NCBI GenBank assembly: GCA_045535785.1 | Contig: JAZSMH010000047.1 | Span: forward strand, 8,250 to 72,249 | DNA from: Clostridia bacterium | Lineage (GTDB): Bacteria; Bacillota; Clostridia; Christensenellales; DTU072 | DNA length: 64,000 bases | Reading direction: 5' to 3' | Part shown: positions 37,083 through 46,581 of the stretch, piece after piece | Position numbering within the stretch: the first letter of the stretch is position 1 | Layout: every line of letters starts with the position of its first letter | Position numbers and translations under genes: made by a program | Notes under the pieces: generated by a model | Told to the model about the DNA's origin: nothing | The model's input: the letters and a program-made list of their open reading frames with translations, nothing else | Databases searched by the model: none

Positions 37083-38816
37083 ATGAAAGGAAGTTTATAC
37101 AGTATGAAATTAATTATCGATAACGTAGAATACGTTGCAAAAATGGGACAATCTCTCTATGATATTGTCAAAGAAATGGGTTTGGTAAAAGGCAAATTAT
37201 CTACCGATCCTATCGCGGCGAAACTCGCAGGTAGAGTATTCACCCTTAACTATATTCCTTTGCGCGAAAAGGACGTTCAACCCGTTCGTTCTTCTATAAG
37301 GAAAGCGGTAGCCGCAGCTAACGGCATAGTACGTCTACTTACCTACAACGATCAAGCAGGACGCGAAACGTACGTAAGAACGGCACAATTCATTATTTTC
37401 CTTGCTATAGAAAGACTATGGCCGGAAGCACATGCAAAAATGAGCTGTACCGTAGGTTCGGGTATCTATTTCAAAGTTCAGAACGCACCCGATTTTAGCG
37501 CGGACAAGTTAAAAGAAGAGATAAATATTATTATCAAAGAAAACATCGTTCTTCACCGTAGCATCATGACTACCGAAGAAGCGATCGCTTACTATAAGAG
37601 CCAAGGTCTTGACGATAAGGCGCGTCTACTTGAATATAGACAAAAGAAGACCTTCAATATGTACAAAGACGGTGAATACGCAGATTACTTCTATGGTGAG
37701 CTTGCTCCCTCCACGTCTTACCTATACACGTGGGATATCATTCCTTCGCAAGACGGCTTTATCTTCATTTTGCCCAATATCAACAACCCCGACCAAGTAG
37801 CAGACTACAAAGAATCACCCAACTTCTTTAGCGTTTACAAAGAAGGCAAAGATTGGGGCGAGCTCATGGAATGCGAAACCGTTGCCGACCTTAACGAGTT
37901 GGTAGAGAATGGCAAAATTAGAGAACTTATTAGAGTTAACGAAGCGTTACACGAGAAGCGTTTTTCAGAGATCGCCAATATGATTTGCGAACGCGGTGCA
38001 AAAGCAGTTATGCTCGCAGGACCTAGTTCGTCAGGTAAAACCACTTCCGCTAACCGTCTAGCAACGCAATTAAGGGTGCACGGCAAGAAGCCTATTCTTA
38101 TGAGCCTTGACGATTACTACATAGACCGCGACCTTATCGAGCCCGGTCCCGATGGCAAAATCGACCTAGAACATATCAACACCATCGACACCGACCTATT
38201 TAGTAAACACCTAAACGCGCTCTTTAACGGTGAAGAAGTAGAATTACCTTACTTTAACTTTAAGAAGGGTAAGCGCGAATGGCAAGGACACAAACTCCGC
38301 CTTACCGAAAAGACGGTTATTATAGTAGAAGGCTTACACGGACTTAACCCCACCCTTCTACCCAAAGACATGGATAGCAATCTCGTGTTCAGACTATACG
38401 TTAGCCCCTTGCTCGCGCTTAATCTAGACGACCATAACAGAATTCATTCTAGTTACCTAAGACTACTTAGACGCGTAGTTAGAGACTTCGAGTCGCGCGG
38501 TGCTTCCGTACAACGCACGCTCTCAATGTGGGATTCGGTAAGAAGCGGAGAAGAGAAGTGGATATTCCCCTTCCAAGAGAATGCCGACGTCATCTTCAAT
38601 AGCTCTACCTTGTACGAGCTAGCTATTATCAAAAGACATATCTATCCTTTGTTAAAAGCAATAGAGCCGTCCGACGATTGCTACGACCAAGTACGCGCTA
38701 TGGTAAAAATCCTTAACTTCGTCCGTGAAGCAGACGTTGATAACGAAATTCCCCCAACGAGTATCGTCCGCGAATTTATCGGTGGCAATATGTTCTATCA
38801 CAAAGACGAAGAATAG
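37083..38816 (+). CDS. Nucleoside kinase (uridine kinase/PRK family) with ThrRS-like N-terminal region
   Basis: AGPSSSGKTT, SLDDYY, IVEGLHGLN, RLLRRVVRD; alternative start at 37104. Confidence 0.85.
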   Translation: MKGSLYSMKLIIDNVEYVAKMGQSLYDIVKEMGLVKGKLSTDPIAAKLAGRVFTLNYIPLREKDVQPVRSSIRKAVAAANGIVRLLTYNDQAGRETYVRTAQFIIFLAIERLWPEAHAKMSCTVGSGIYFKVQNAPDFSADKLKEEINIIIKENIVLHRSIMTTEEAIAYYKSQGLDDKARLLEYRQKKTFNMYKDGEYADYFYGELAPSTSYLYTWDIIPSQDGFIFILPNINNPDQVADYKESPNFFSVYKEGKDWGELMECETVADLNELVENGKIRELIRVNEALHEKRFSEIANMICERGAKAVMLAGPSSSGKTTSANRLATQLRVHGKKPILMSLDDYYIDRDLIEPGPDGKIDLEHINTIDTDLFSKHLNALFNGEEVELPYFNFKKGKREWQGHKLRLTEKTVIIVEGLHGLNPTLLPKDMDSNLVFRLYVSPLLALNLDDHNRIHSSYLRLLRRVVRDFESRGASVQRTLSMWDSVRSGEEKWIFPFQENADVIFNSSTLYELAIIKRHIYPLLKAIEPSDDCYDQVRAMVKILNFVREADVDNEIPPTSIVREFIGGNMFYHKDEE

Positions 38817-38972
38817 CGGGGAGCCCCCGTTGGCAGTTGGTCGGTTAAGTGTCGACCACTTAATAAATAAATAATGCGTGTTAAGTTTTATCTATCGAAT
38901 GTAGATAAGCCCGCTACGCGCGGTGCGGCAAGGAGTGTCCTTGCATGCAAGTTGCAGCGAGCCGCTGTGGCA
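38816..38972. repeat. Mosaic GC-rich repeat modules (A-C-B order)
   Basis: GCGGGGAGCCCCCG, GCGGCAAGGAGTGTCCTTGCATGCA and GCAGCGAGCCGCTGTGGCA, each exactly repeated at 50601-50681. Confidence 0.85.
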
Positions 38973-39023
38973 GTTAGTAAATTCAGTGTCGTACACCAAA
39001 TAAAGAGAAGTCGTAAATATATA

Positions 39024-39182
39024 TTATCCTCAACTTGCAATGCAATTGCAAACTTCACTTTGACGATAAGGAAAAACTTCACTATCGAAGATAACTTCAC
39101 TTGCTCGTTAGAGCAAACTTCACCTTATTATTTCGACGTTAAGTCGATAGGCGTAGCCAATTCATGACGATAGTCAATTCAT
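39024..39182 (-). repeat. 159-bp GTGAAGTT/ATGAATTG motif + hairpin array, copy 1
   Basis: Reverse complement of 50833-50991 with one mismatch. Confidence 0.92.
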
Positions 39183-39240
39183 TAATAATATAGAGATATT
39201 ATACTTTAATTAAAAAATTGTTGTATTTTGGATAAATATA

Positions 39241-39279
39241 AAAAACGGGTGACAAACGATGCTTTGTCGCTCGTTTTTT
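39241..39279 (+). terminator. Intrinsic terminator-like hairpin
   Basis: AAAAACGGGTGACAAA..../..TTTGTCGCTCGTTTTT with G:U pairs. Confidence 0.65.
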
Positions 39280-39479
39280 ATTAAGCAAATTTCAAGATAA
39301 AAAATCGTCGTTATTTTGCAAAAATATCAAAAAAATCGTATTTTGTCGATAATCATAATTCACTATTTACAAATACTATCATATACACTATAATGAAGAT
39401 ATAGAAGTAACTTTTTGACCATTCCCCTAACCACTCAGCGAAGATAAATTGTAATAGAAGTACGATAATAGGAGCAAAT

Positions 39480-40184
39480 ATGAAAAAGAAGATTATTGTA
39501 ATTATATTGTGTATTATTCTTATATCGTTATGCGCATTAAGTTTTTGTGGATGTATAGTAAAAGCAAGTTGGTTTTCCGAAGAATATCATATAAAAAAAG
39601 TATCGGAAAAAATTCAAGAGAAATATATAGATAGTGATTTTACGGTGAAAATATATAGTGACCATAGTACGAATAGTGAACTCATAAAAGAAGTAAAACC
39701 TACGAGTTTTGAAATTTATCCTATATATAATATAGACGAGCAATTAACGTATTTTCTTATAGAATTTGAACCTTGGGGGCATATGTACGTAAAACTAAAA
39801 GATCCAAGTATTTCGAGCAATAGCTTATATAGAGTTAGCGCGGGGTATACCGAAAAATGGTCACCGTGTACACTCGATCCTGAAAAAAATACCGAATATG
39901 ATTATGATTTAATATGGGAGTTGGACGAAAATGGTGAAAAAGTAGTTCATTACAGAAGTCCATATTACGTGCGTGGGATAAAGAATGAAAAAAGATATAT
40001 AGTTAGATATGAATGTTACGATTTCAAAGGCTCAAAACGGTTAATTCCAGCAGTAAAAATGGGAGATAAGTACGTAAATTTATATGCAAATACCGAATTT
40101 ACTATTGAAAATGGTAGAGTGGTAGAAAAACAAGCGACGTGTGAAGGAATAAATTTTATAGTAAAGAGTTTATTTGATTTATAG
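39480..40184 (+). CDS. Hypothetical lipoprotein (AT-rich)
   Basis: MKKK + hydrophobic stretch + FCGC lipobox; AGGAG RBS. Confidence 0.72.
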   Translation: MKKKIIVIILCIILISLCALSFCGCIVKASWFSEEYHIKKVSEKIQEKYIDSDFTVKIYSDHSTNSELIKEVKPTSFEIYPIYNIDEQLTYFLIEFEPWGHMYVKLKDPSISSNSLYRVSAGYTEKWSPCTLDPEKNTEYDYDLIWELDENGEKVVHYRSPYYVRGIKNEKRYIVRYECYDFKGSKRLIPAVKMGDKYVNLYANTEFTIENGRVVEKQATCEGINFIVKSLFDL

Positions 40185-40307
40185 AAGATAAATTATGATA
40201 TTATAAAAAGCTCTATTCATAATTTAATTATTTTACAAAACACTCTTTTAATTCTCTTATTTTTATGTTAAAATGGTATAGAAATAATAACAAAAGGGTG
40301 TTTTTTT

Positions 40308-41225
40308 ATGAAAAAGTTTTTTAGTGGTGTTCTTAACGTTATTGGTATGTTTTTTGCGGCGATTTTGATATTAGCCGTTGTTTTCGTAGCGATTAATTGC
40401 GTATTTTTACCGAAGTATTTGACTAACGAATATACCGTAGAAGTTGATAACGAAGTAAGGGAAGAGATGGTAATAATGAGTACCAACGTTAGATATTTTA
40501 ACCCCCTTGACTTTTTCCAAAAGAGTTGGTTTTATCGTGCCGATTTACTTATGAAAGACGTCGATAGCGTCAAGCCCGATATTATAGGATTCCAAGAAGT
40601 AACACCCATTCAATACGATTACATCGTAAAGAATATGCCGTCTTACGATAATATTCTAGCATATAGAGATAACTCTATCTTCAAAGAAGGTTGCGCTATT
40701 TTCTTTAGGTCGGATAAATATAACAAAATTGACGCAGGGCATTTTTGGCTAAGCACCACCCCCGACGTAATGAGTAAAGATTGGGGGAGCGAGCATTACC
40801 GCGTTACCGTATACGCAATTTTGGAAGATAAAGTAACTAGCGAGCGCTTCGTAGTATTCAATACTCACCTTGATAGCAAGAGTCAAGAAGCAAGAATAAA
40901 TGGTATCGACGTAGTTTTGGATAAGATTTCAGAATTCGGCTCTATCCCTGCATTTTTGATGGGCGACCTTAACGCAGAGCCCGATAGCGAAACTATTAAT
41001 GCTACCAAAGAAGATTTTGACGATGCGTGTCTTATTGCTACCGTTACCGACCAAGGCCCTACCTATCACGATTGGGGCAACGAAGAAAAAGAGAAAAGAA
41101 TAGACTACGTTATGATTAGTAAAGGCGATGCTACAGTATCAGAATACGTTATCGTTGATAATAATCACGATGGCGTTTATTCAAGCGACCACTCGTCCAT
41201 TTACATAAAAGCAAAGTTAAATTAG
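40308..41225 (+). CDS. Endonuclease/exonuclease/phosphatase family protein, membrane-anchored
   Basis: MSTNVR, IGFQEV, FNTHLD, MGDLN, IDYV, SDH. Confidence 0.88.
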   Translation: MKKFFSGVLNVIGMFFAAILILAVVFVAINCVFLPKYLTNEYTVEVDNEVREEMVIMSTNVRYFNPLDFFQKSWFYRADLLMKDVDSVKPDIIGFQEVTPIQYDYIVKNMPSYDNILAYRDNSIFKEGCAIFFRSDKYNKIDAGHFWLSTTPDVMSKDWGSEHYRVTVYAILEDKVTSERFVVFNTHLDSKSQEARINGIDVVLDKISEFGSIPAFLMGDLNAEPDSETINATKEDFDDACLIATVTDQGPTYHDWGNEEKEKRIDYVMISKGDATVSEYVIVDNNHDGVYSSDHSSIYIKAKLN

Positions 41226-41383
41226 ACGTTTTTTGTTAGAAGATAACTTAATTTACACTTAAATCGCGCGCGCGTAATATTAATTATTTGACATACGCGC
41301 GCGCGTTTGGTATAATATTCAAGATAATTGGCGCAAATAGGCGCATTTTGGGAAAATTACGAAATACTTTTTTTGAGAGAATA

Positions 41384-42829
41384 ATGAAAAAAGACTTCAA
41401 TAGATTAAAAAGCGGACAATATTTAGGTACTTTGATAAAAAGTGCCCTTATCGCGCTTGCCGTAGGAAGCTTATTTTGCGGTATCAGTCTATTGGTGGTT
41501 AAACTTTGCGCTTTTCTTATCCCCGTTTGGAGCTACGTTATTATCGGTTTAGGCGGTGGACTAATTGCAGGCGCAATTTCCTTTTTTATTCTAAAACCAA
41601 GTGACAAACAACTTGCCAAGAAGATAGACGAAGACCTTAATCTCGGCGAAAAGGTACAAACCATGCTCGCATTTGAAAATCAAAGCGGAGCAATGATAGA
41701 GATGCAACGTCAGGACACCGTATCAAGATTATCGGGCGCGAAACTCAATATTTTTGATATTAAGAAGTGGTGGATAGCGTTGCTTGCAGTGGTAATAGGG
41801 CTTGCCGTCCTTATCCCCGGTATTATCATTCCTTCTAGATACGTACCCCCTATCGTTGACGATGGTGACGAAGACTACGAAGTAACCGATTGGCAAGTGG
41901 TTGCGTTGCAAGAACTTATTTTGGACGTACAAGCATCTAATATGTATGCCGATGCAAAAACTCGCATTGTCGACCAATTAGAAGATTTGATAGTTTCGTT
42001 AGAGAGTGCAGACAAGGTGAGCGCAATGAAGTCGCTCGTTGTAGACGTTATCGTTGACGTCAAGAAGATTCCTGCCGACTTTAACACGGTAGAAAAACTC
42101 GTCCCCGTACTATCTACAAGTAATCTCGACACTCTTAAGACCTTGTCCGCAGCGCTTAGCACCTACGATGCAATTACCATTCAATCGTCGCTCAATTCTT
42201 TCAAGGATACCTTAGACAAAACCAACAATAACTTAAAGCAAGACCTTAATAGCATAAAAGACGAAGTAGACGCACTTCTACCCACTACGGGAATAGAGAA
42301 GACGGATAATCTCTACGTCTATATATCAAATTTTGCTAAGAATATGAAGATTGCCGCTAACAGTATGAGCATCGACGATGCCGACATGACGCAAGAAAGA
42401 CTTAGAGAAGCGTTCGACCTTATCTCTACCCAACTCAATGAAGAAATCGTAGGCAACAATGGTCAAAAGCACAACAAGACGGTTAGCGAAACGGTAGTCA
42501 ATAGACTTATGCAAATTTTCGGCATAACCAAAGACGATTTGCCCAAAGATCCCAACGACAACAAGGTAGACACCGAATACGGTGACGAAAAGGACGACAA
42601 CAAAGAAGTAGGCGAAGGCGGATACGGCTCGGGCGAAACGGTATACGGCAGTGACGATATCGTCCTAGATCCCATCACGGGCGAACACGTAAAATATAGC
42701 GAACTCATCAATACTTACTACGCTATGGTTACCGAAGCGTTGACGTCGGGCGAAGTAAGCGAAGAAGTAGAACAACTTATTAATAAATATTTTTCACACC
42801 TATTCAATGGTGGAAAAGCGGAAGAATAA
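41384..42829 (+). CDS. Hypothetical membrane protein, first gene of the Bat-like operon
   Basis: Three TM segments, coiled-coil body, C-terminal GEGGYGSG...Y...Y motif; start uncertain (41288 or 41384). Confidence 0.7.
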   Translation: MKKDFNRLKSGQYLGTLIKSALIALAVGSLFCGISLLVVKLCAFLIPVWSYVIIGLGGGLIAGAISFFILKPSDKQLAKKIDEDLNLGEKVQTMLAFENQSGAMIEMQRQDTVSRLSGAKLNIFDIKKWWIALLAVVIGLAVLIPGIIIPSRYVPPIVDDGDEDYEVTDWQVVALQELILDVQASNMYADAKTRIVDQLEDLIVSLESADKVSAMKSLVVDVIVDVKKIPADFNTVEKLVPVLSTSNLDTLKTLSAALSTYDAITIQSSLNSFKDTLDKTNNNLKQDLNSIKDEVDALLPTTGIEKTDNLYVYISNFAKNMKIAANSMSIDDADMTQERLREAFDLISTQLNEEIVGNNGQKHNKTVSETVVNRLMQIFGITKDDLPKDPNDNKVDTEYGDEKDDNKEVGEGGYGSGETVYGSDDIVLDPITGEHVKYSELINTYYAMVTEALTSGEVSEEVEQLINKYFSHLFNGGKAEE

Positions 42830-42857
42830 AAAAAAATAATTTCGGAAGGAGTAACGG

Positions 42858-43838
42858 ATGGAAAATTTAGAAAAAGTAAAAGCGTTTAGCGAAGCGGTTG
42901 CAAGGATAGAAACCGAATTAAAGAAAGACATCGTAGGTAAGAGCGAAGTTCTTGAAGATATCATTATCGCGGTTATTGCCGGCGGTAACGTGCTACTAGA
43001 AGGCGTACCCGGAGTAGGTAAGACCAGACTAGTTAGATCGTTAGGTAGAACTTTACGTTTACCGTTTTCTAGAATACAATTTACCCCCGACCTTATGCCC
43101 GCCGACATCACGGGTACTAACGTTATCGAGAAAGACGAACAAGGTAGACTTAACACTATCTTTAAGAAAGGCCCCATTTTTGCTAACCTAGTACTCGCAG
43201 ACGAAATCAACCGTGCTACCCCTAAGGCACAATCGGCTATGCTAGAAGTTATGCAAGAGCATAAAGTTACCATTTCTAACCAAACCCACGTTATTCCCGA
43301 GCCCTTCTTCGTGCTCGCTACCGAGAATCCCATTGAGCAAGACGGTACCTATCCTTTGCCCGAAGCACAAATGGACAGATTCTTATTCAAACTCATTATG
43401 ACCTTCCCCACCAACGAAGAATTGGTTGATATCGTAAAAATGACGCAAATTACGATGGACGAAAATTCCGAAGCAGTCGTTGACGGCGCTACCATTCTAG
43501 AAATGAGAGAATTAGCAAAAACCGTTCCCGTTATCGACGAAGTATTGCTATATGCAGTTAATCTAGTATCTTCCACCCACCCCGAACTAGGCGGTGAAGT
43601 TGCGAAGAAGTATATTAAGTACGGTGCATCCCCTAGAGCAGCACAAGCATTAGTAAGCTCGGCTAAAGTTAGAGCACTTATAAAAGGCAACTACAACGTA
43701 AGTTACGAAGATATCGATGCGCTCGCTCACGCAGTATTAAGACACAGAATTAAGATAAACTACAACGCAATCAACGACGGTCTAAAAATAGACGACGTTA
43801 TCGACCTATTAATAAAAGCAAACCGCAAAGCAAAATAA
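42858..43838 (+). CDS. MoxR family AAA+ ATPase
   Basis: LLEGVPGVGKT, RIQFTPDLMPADITG, LADEINRATPK, ATENPIE, GASPRA. Confidence 0.95.
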   Translation: MENLEKVKAFSEAVARIETELKKDIVGKSEVLEDIIIAVIAGGNVLLEGVPGVGKTRLVRSLGRTLRLPFSRIQFTPDLMPADITGTNVIEKDEQGRLNTIFKKGPIFANLVLADEINRATPKAQSAMLEVMQEHKVTISNQTHVIPEPFFVLATENPIEQDGTYPLPEAQMDRFLFKLIMTFPTNEELVDIVKMTQITMDENSEAVVDGATILEMRELAKTVPVIDEVLLYAVNLVSSTHPELGGEVAKKYIKYGASPRAAQALVSSAKVRALIKGNYNVSYEDIDALAHAVLRHRIKINYNAINDGLKIDDVIDLLIKANRKAK

Positions 43839-43855
43839 GAAGTAGAAGTTAAACA

Positions 43856-44740
43856 ATGGCATTACCCGTAATCAGCGAAGAATTTTTGCAACAAATGGAA
43901 ACGTTGCAACTGCTCGTTAAGAACAACGTAGCAGGTAATTTTGGAGGCAACCGTAAGACGAAGAAGTACGGTTCTTCTTGCGAGTTCGCTGATTATAGAG
44001 ATTACGTAGCAGGCGACGACATTACGAAAATCGATTGGAACGTCTACGCAAGGTTTGATAAATTATATCAAAAACTTTACCTTGACGAAAGACAAATGCA
44101 CACCAAGATTTATATCGATGCTAGCCGTTCTATGGCGTACGGCAGTGCGGAAAAAGCACGTCAAGCGTTAAAAATGGCAGCGGTTATTGCATATCTATCT
44201 ATTTGCGAAATGGATAGAGTTTCTATCTTCGTTATTAAAGAAAAAGAAACTACCGCGCTCATTAACGGCATTATCGGTAAAGAAGCATTCACTAGCAAGA
44301 TAGGCTTACTTAACACCATAGATTTTAGCGGTGACAGTTACATTAGCGATGCTATCGTACCCACTCCCGTAGGCTACGGTGACGGAATTTCGGTAATTAT
44401 TAGCGACTTCTTGACGGAAAATAACTACGAAGACGCTATTAACCACCTTGCCGACAAAAAAAGAGACGTTATTTGTTTGCAAATTCTTTCTAATGAAGAA
44501 CTTAATCCTTTAGCGCGTGGCAAAGTTCACTTCTTCGACTCGGAGAATTCTTCTAGATTCTATCGTAAGAATATTGATAGAGAAGTAGCCAAAGCTTACG
44601 CAAAAGCGTTAGAATACGTTATGGGAAGAATTAAGAATTGTTGCGCTTCTCGCGATGCTACTTACCTTATGATCCCTGCGGAAAAGAACATAGGCGAAGT
44701 GGTCTTTAACGAATTTTCAAAAATGGGGGTACTGAAATAA
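43856..44740 (+). CDS. DUF58 family protein
   Basis: GSSCEFADYRDYVAGDDITKIDWNVYAR, IDASRSM, ISDFL. Confidence 0.92.
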   Translation: MALPVISEEFLQQMETLQLLVKNNVAGNFGGNRKTKKYGSSCEFADYRDYVAGDDITKIDWNVYARFDKLYQKLYLDERQMHTKIYIDASRSMAYGSAEKARQALKMAAVIAYLSICEMDRVSIFVIKEKETTALINGIIGKEAFTSKIGLLNTIDFSGDSYISDAIVPTPVGYGDGISVIISDFLTENNYEDAINHLADKKRDVICLQILSNEELNPLARGKVHFFDSENSSRFYRKNIDREVAKAYAKALEYVMGRIKNCCASRDATYLMIPAEKNIGEVVFNEFSKMGVLK

Positions 44741-46581
44741 TGAATTTTACGTATCCACTTGGACTACTAGGTCTTATAGGTATTCCCATTCTTATCTTGA
44801 TTTATATAATCAAGAATAAATACACGGAACAAACCGTTTCTTCCACCTACATTTGGACTTTGAGTGAAAAATTCTTAAAGCGTAGGAATCCTATAAGCAA
44901 AATAGCGGGTATCATTAGCCTAATTTTGCAAATTCTTGCAGTAATTTTAGTTTCTATTGCTATCGCGCACCCCGTTTTCGTAATACCCGATGCGGCAAAA
45001 GAATATTGCTTTATTCTAGACGGCTCTGGCAGTATGAACGTTCTTTACGACGGCGACACGGGCTTTAATAAAGGCGTAGACGAGATAGAAGAAGTGATAG
45101 ATAATTCACAAGACGGCAGTATGTATACTTTGCTTTTTGCAAATAACGGTTGCGAAGCGGTTTACGAGCGTATCACTAACAAAGAGCAAGCTATCAAACT
45201 TCTTAACGAATTAAAACCGGGTTTTGGTACAACCGACTTTACCGATAGCATTAAGCGCGCTCAAGAATATTTTGACGAGAATCCTTCGGTTGTTACCTAT
45301 CTAGTTACCGATGGTAATTACGAAGTAGACAATATAAAATTGCTTAATCTAGGTAAAGATTTTAACAATTATTCGTTAAGTAACTTTACTGTAGATTTTG
45401 ACGGAGAAAAAGTCACCGTAGCAGGGGATATTACTTCCTACTATCAAGACGCTACCTTACCTATCAGTCTTTACGTTGACGGACAAAAGGTAGATTTAGA
45501 CGAAAGCACCGTAGAAGTGAAAAAAGGCGAGAAAAAGACGGTTATTTATACCCACGTTACTAGCGAATTTGCTTCCGCTAAGGTAGCAATAGACGTAAAG
45601 GACGACTTAATGGAAGATAATGTTGTAGAAATTTTCGACATCAGTAGCGAGAACGGATTTTCTACCCTTATCGTAAGCGATACGCCGTTTTTCCTTGAAT
45701 CTATGTTAAAAGCAACCGGCAATGCAAAAATAAAGGTGGTAGGCACCGAAGAATATAAGAACTATACCGGATTTAGTTTGTACGTATTCCATTCTTTCGT
45801 TCCCGAGTCGCTACCTAGAGACGGCGCAATATGGTTCGTCAACGCGCGCCAAAGCGTATCGGGTACGGGATTTAGCGTACAAGGTGTTGTGGATTTAGAA
45901 AAACCCGAAGAACTCACCCTTTCAAAATCTACCGCCACTATGGTAAAACAACTAATAAAGGGTATGAAAGGCGAAGGTATCTACGTATCTTCTTACGTAA
46001 AATGCGGACTTTACGATAACTTCACCACCCTTTTATCATACAAAGGCAACCCCGTAGTTTTCACGGGAGTTAATAGTTACGGCAATAGAGAAGTCGTGTT
46101 TGCATTCGATTTACACGATACCAACTTCCCTCTAATGCTCGATTTCGTTGCACTTTGTAACAACCTTATTGATTATACCTTCCCCGACGTAGTAGAGAGC
46201 ACTTCTTACTACGCAGGCGACACTCTTAACGTCAACGTTATCACTAATTGTGATAGCATTAGAGTGGATACGCCGTCAGGGGAGCACGCATATCTTGATA
46301 CGTCCAATGCTATTGCGGAATACCTTCTCAAAGAAGTAGGCACGTACAAGATTACCGTAATGGTAGGGGATGCTAAGTCGGAGTTTTCCATTAGTAGCCA
46401 ACTACCGATAGAAGAGAGAGAAACTAACCTAGCTACGCAAGGAGTAAAACTCGTAGGACAAGCAAGTAGCGATGGTTTTGACGGCATATTCGACGAATTG
46501 TGGGTATGGATGCTTGTTTTAGGTGCAGTATTTATTGCTGATTGGATGGTGTATTGTTATGAAAAATATCAACTTCGATAA
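44740..46581 (+). CDS. BatA-domain + vWA protein
   Basis: F.YPLGLLGL..IPILILIY BatA N-terminus, LDGSGSM MIDAS, VTDG, C-terminal TM. Confidence 0.85.
   Translation: MNFTYPLGLLGLIGIPILILIYIIKNKYTEQTVSSTYIWTLSEKFLKRRNPISKIAGIISLILQILAVILVSIAIAHPVFVIPDAAKEYCFILDGSGSMNVLYDGDTGFNKGVDEIEEVIDNSQDGSMYTLLFANNGCEAVYERITNKEQAIKLLNELKPGFGTTDFTDSIKRAQEYFDENPSVVTYLVTDGNYEVDNIKLLNLGKDFNNYSLSNFTVDFDGEKVTVAGDITSYYQDATLPISLYVDGQKVDLDESTVEVKKGEKKTVIYTHVTSEFASAKVAIDVKDDLMEDNVVEIFDISSENGFSTLIVSDTPFFLESMLKATGNAKIKVVGTEEYKNYTGFSLYVFHSFVPESLPRDGAIWFVNARQSVSGTGFSVQGVVDLEKPEELTLSKSTATMVKQLIKGMKGEGIYVSSYVKCGLYDNFTTLLSYKGNPVVFTGVNSYGNREVVFAFDLHDTNFPLMLDFVALCNNLIDYTFPDVVESTSYYAGDTLNVNVITNCDSIRVDTPSGEHAYLDTSNAIAEYLLKEVGTYKITVMVGDAKSEFSISSQLPIEERETNLATQGVKLVGQASSDGFDGIFDELWVWMLVLGAVFIADWMVYCYEKYQLR

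Noticed and set aside
38874-39167. ORFs 38874-39167, 38888-39100 and 50915-51100 (two start MKLSSIVKFFLIVKVKF) as a small protein family
   Set aside because: They are translations of the repeated non-coding array. They have no RBS and similarity stops at the repeat boundary.
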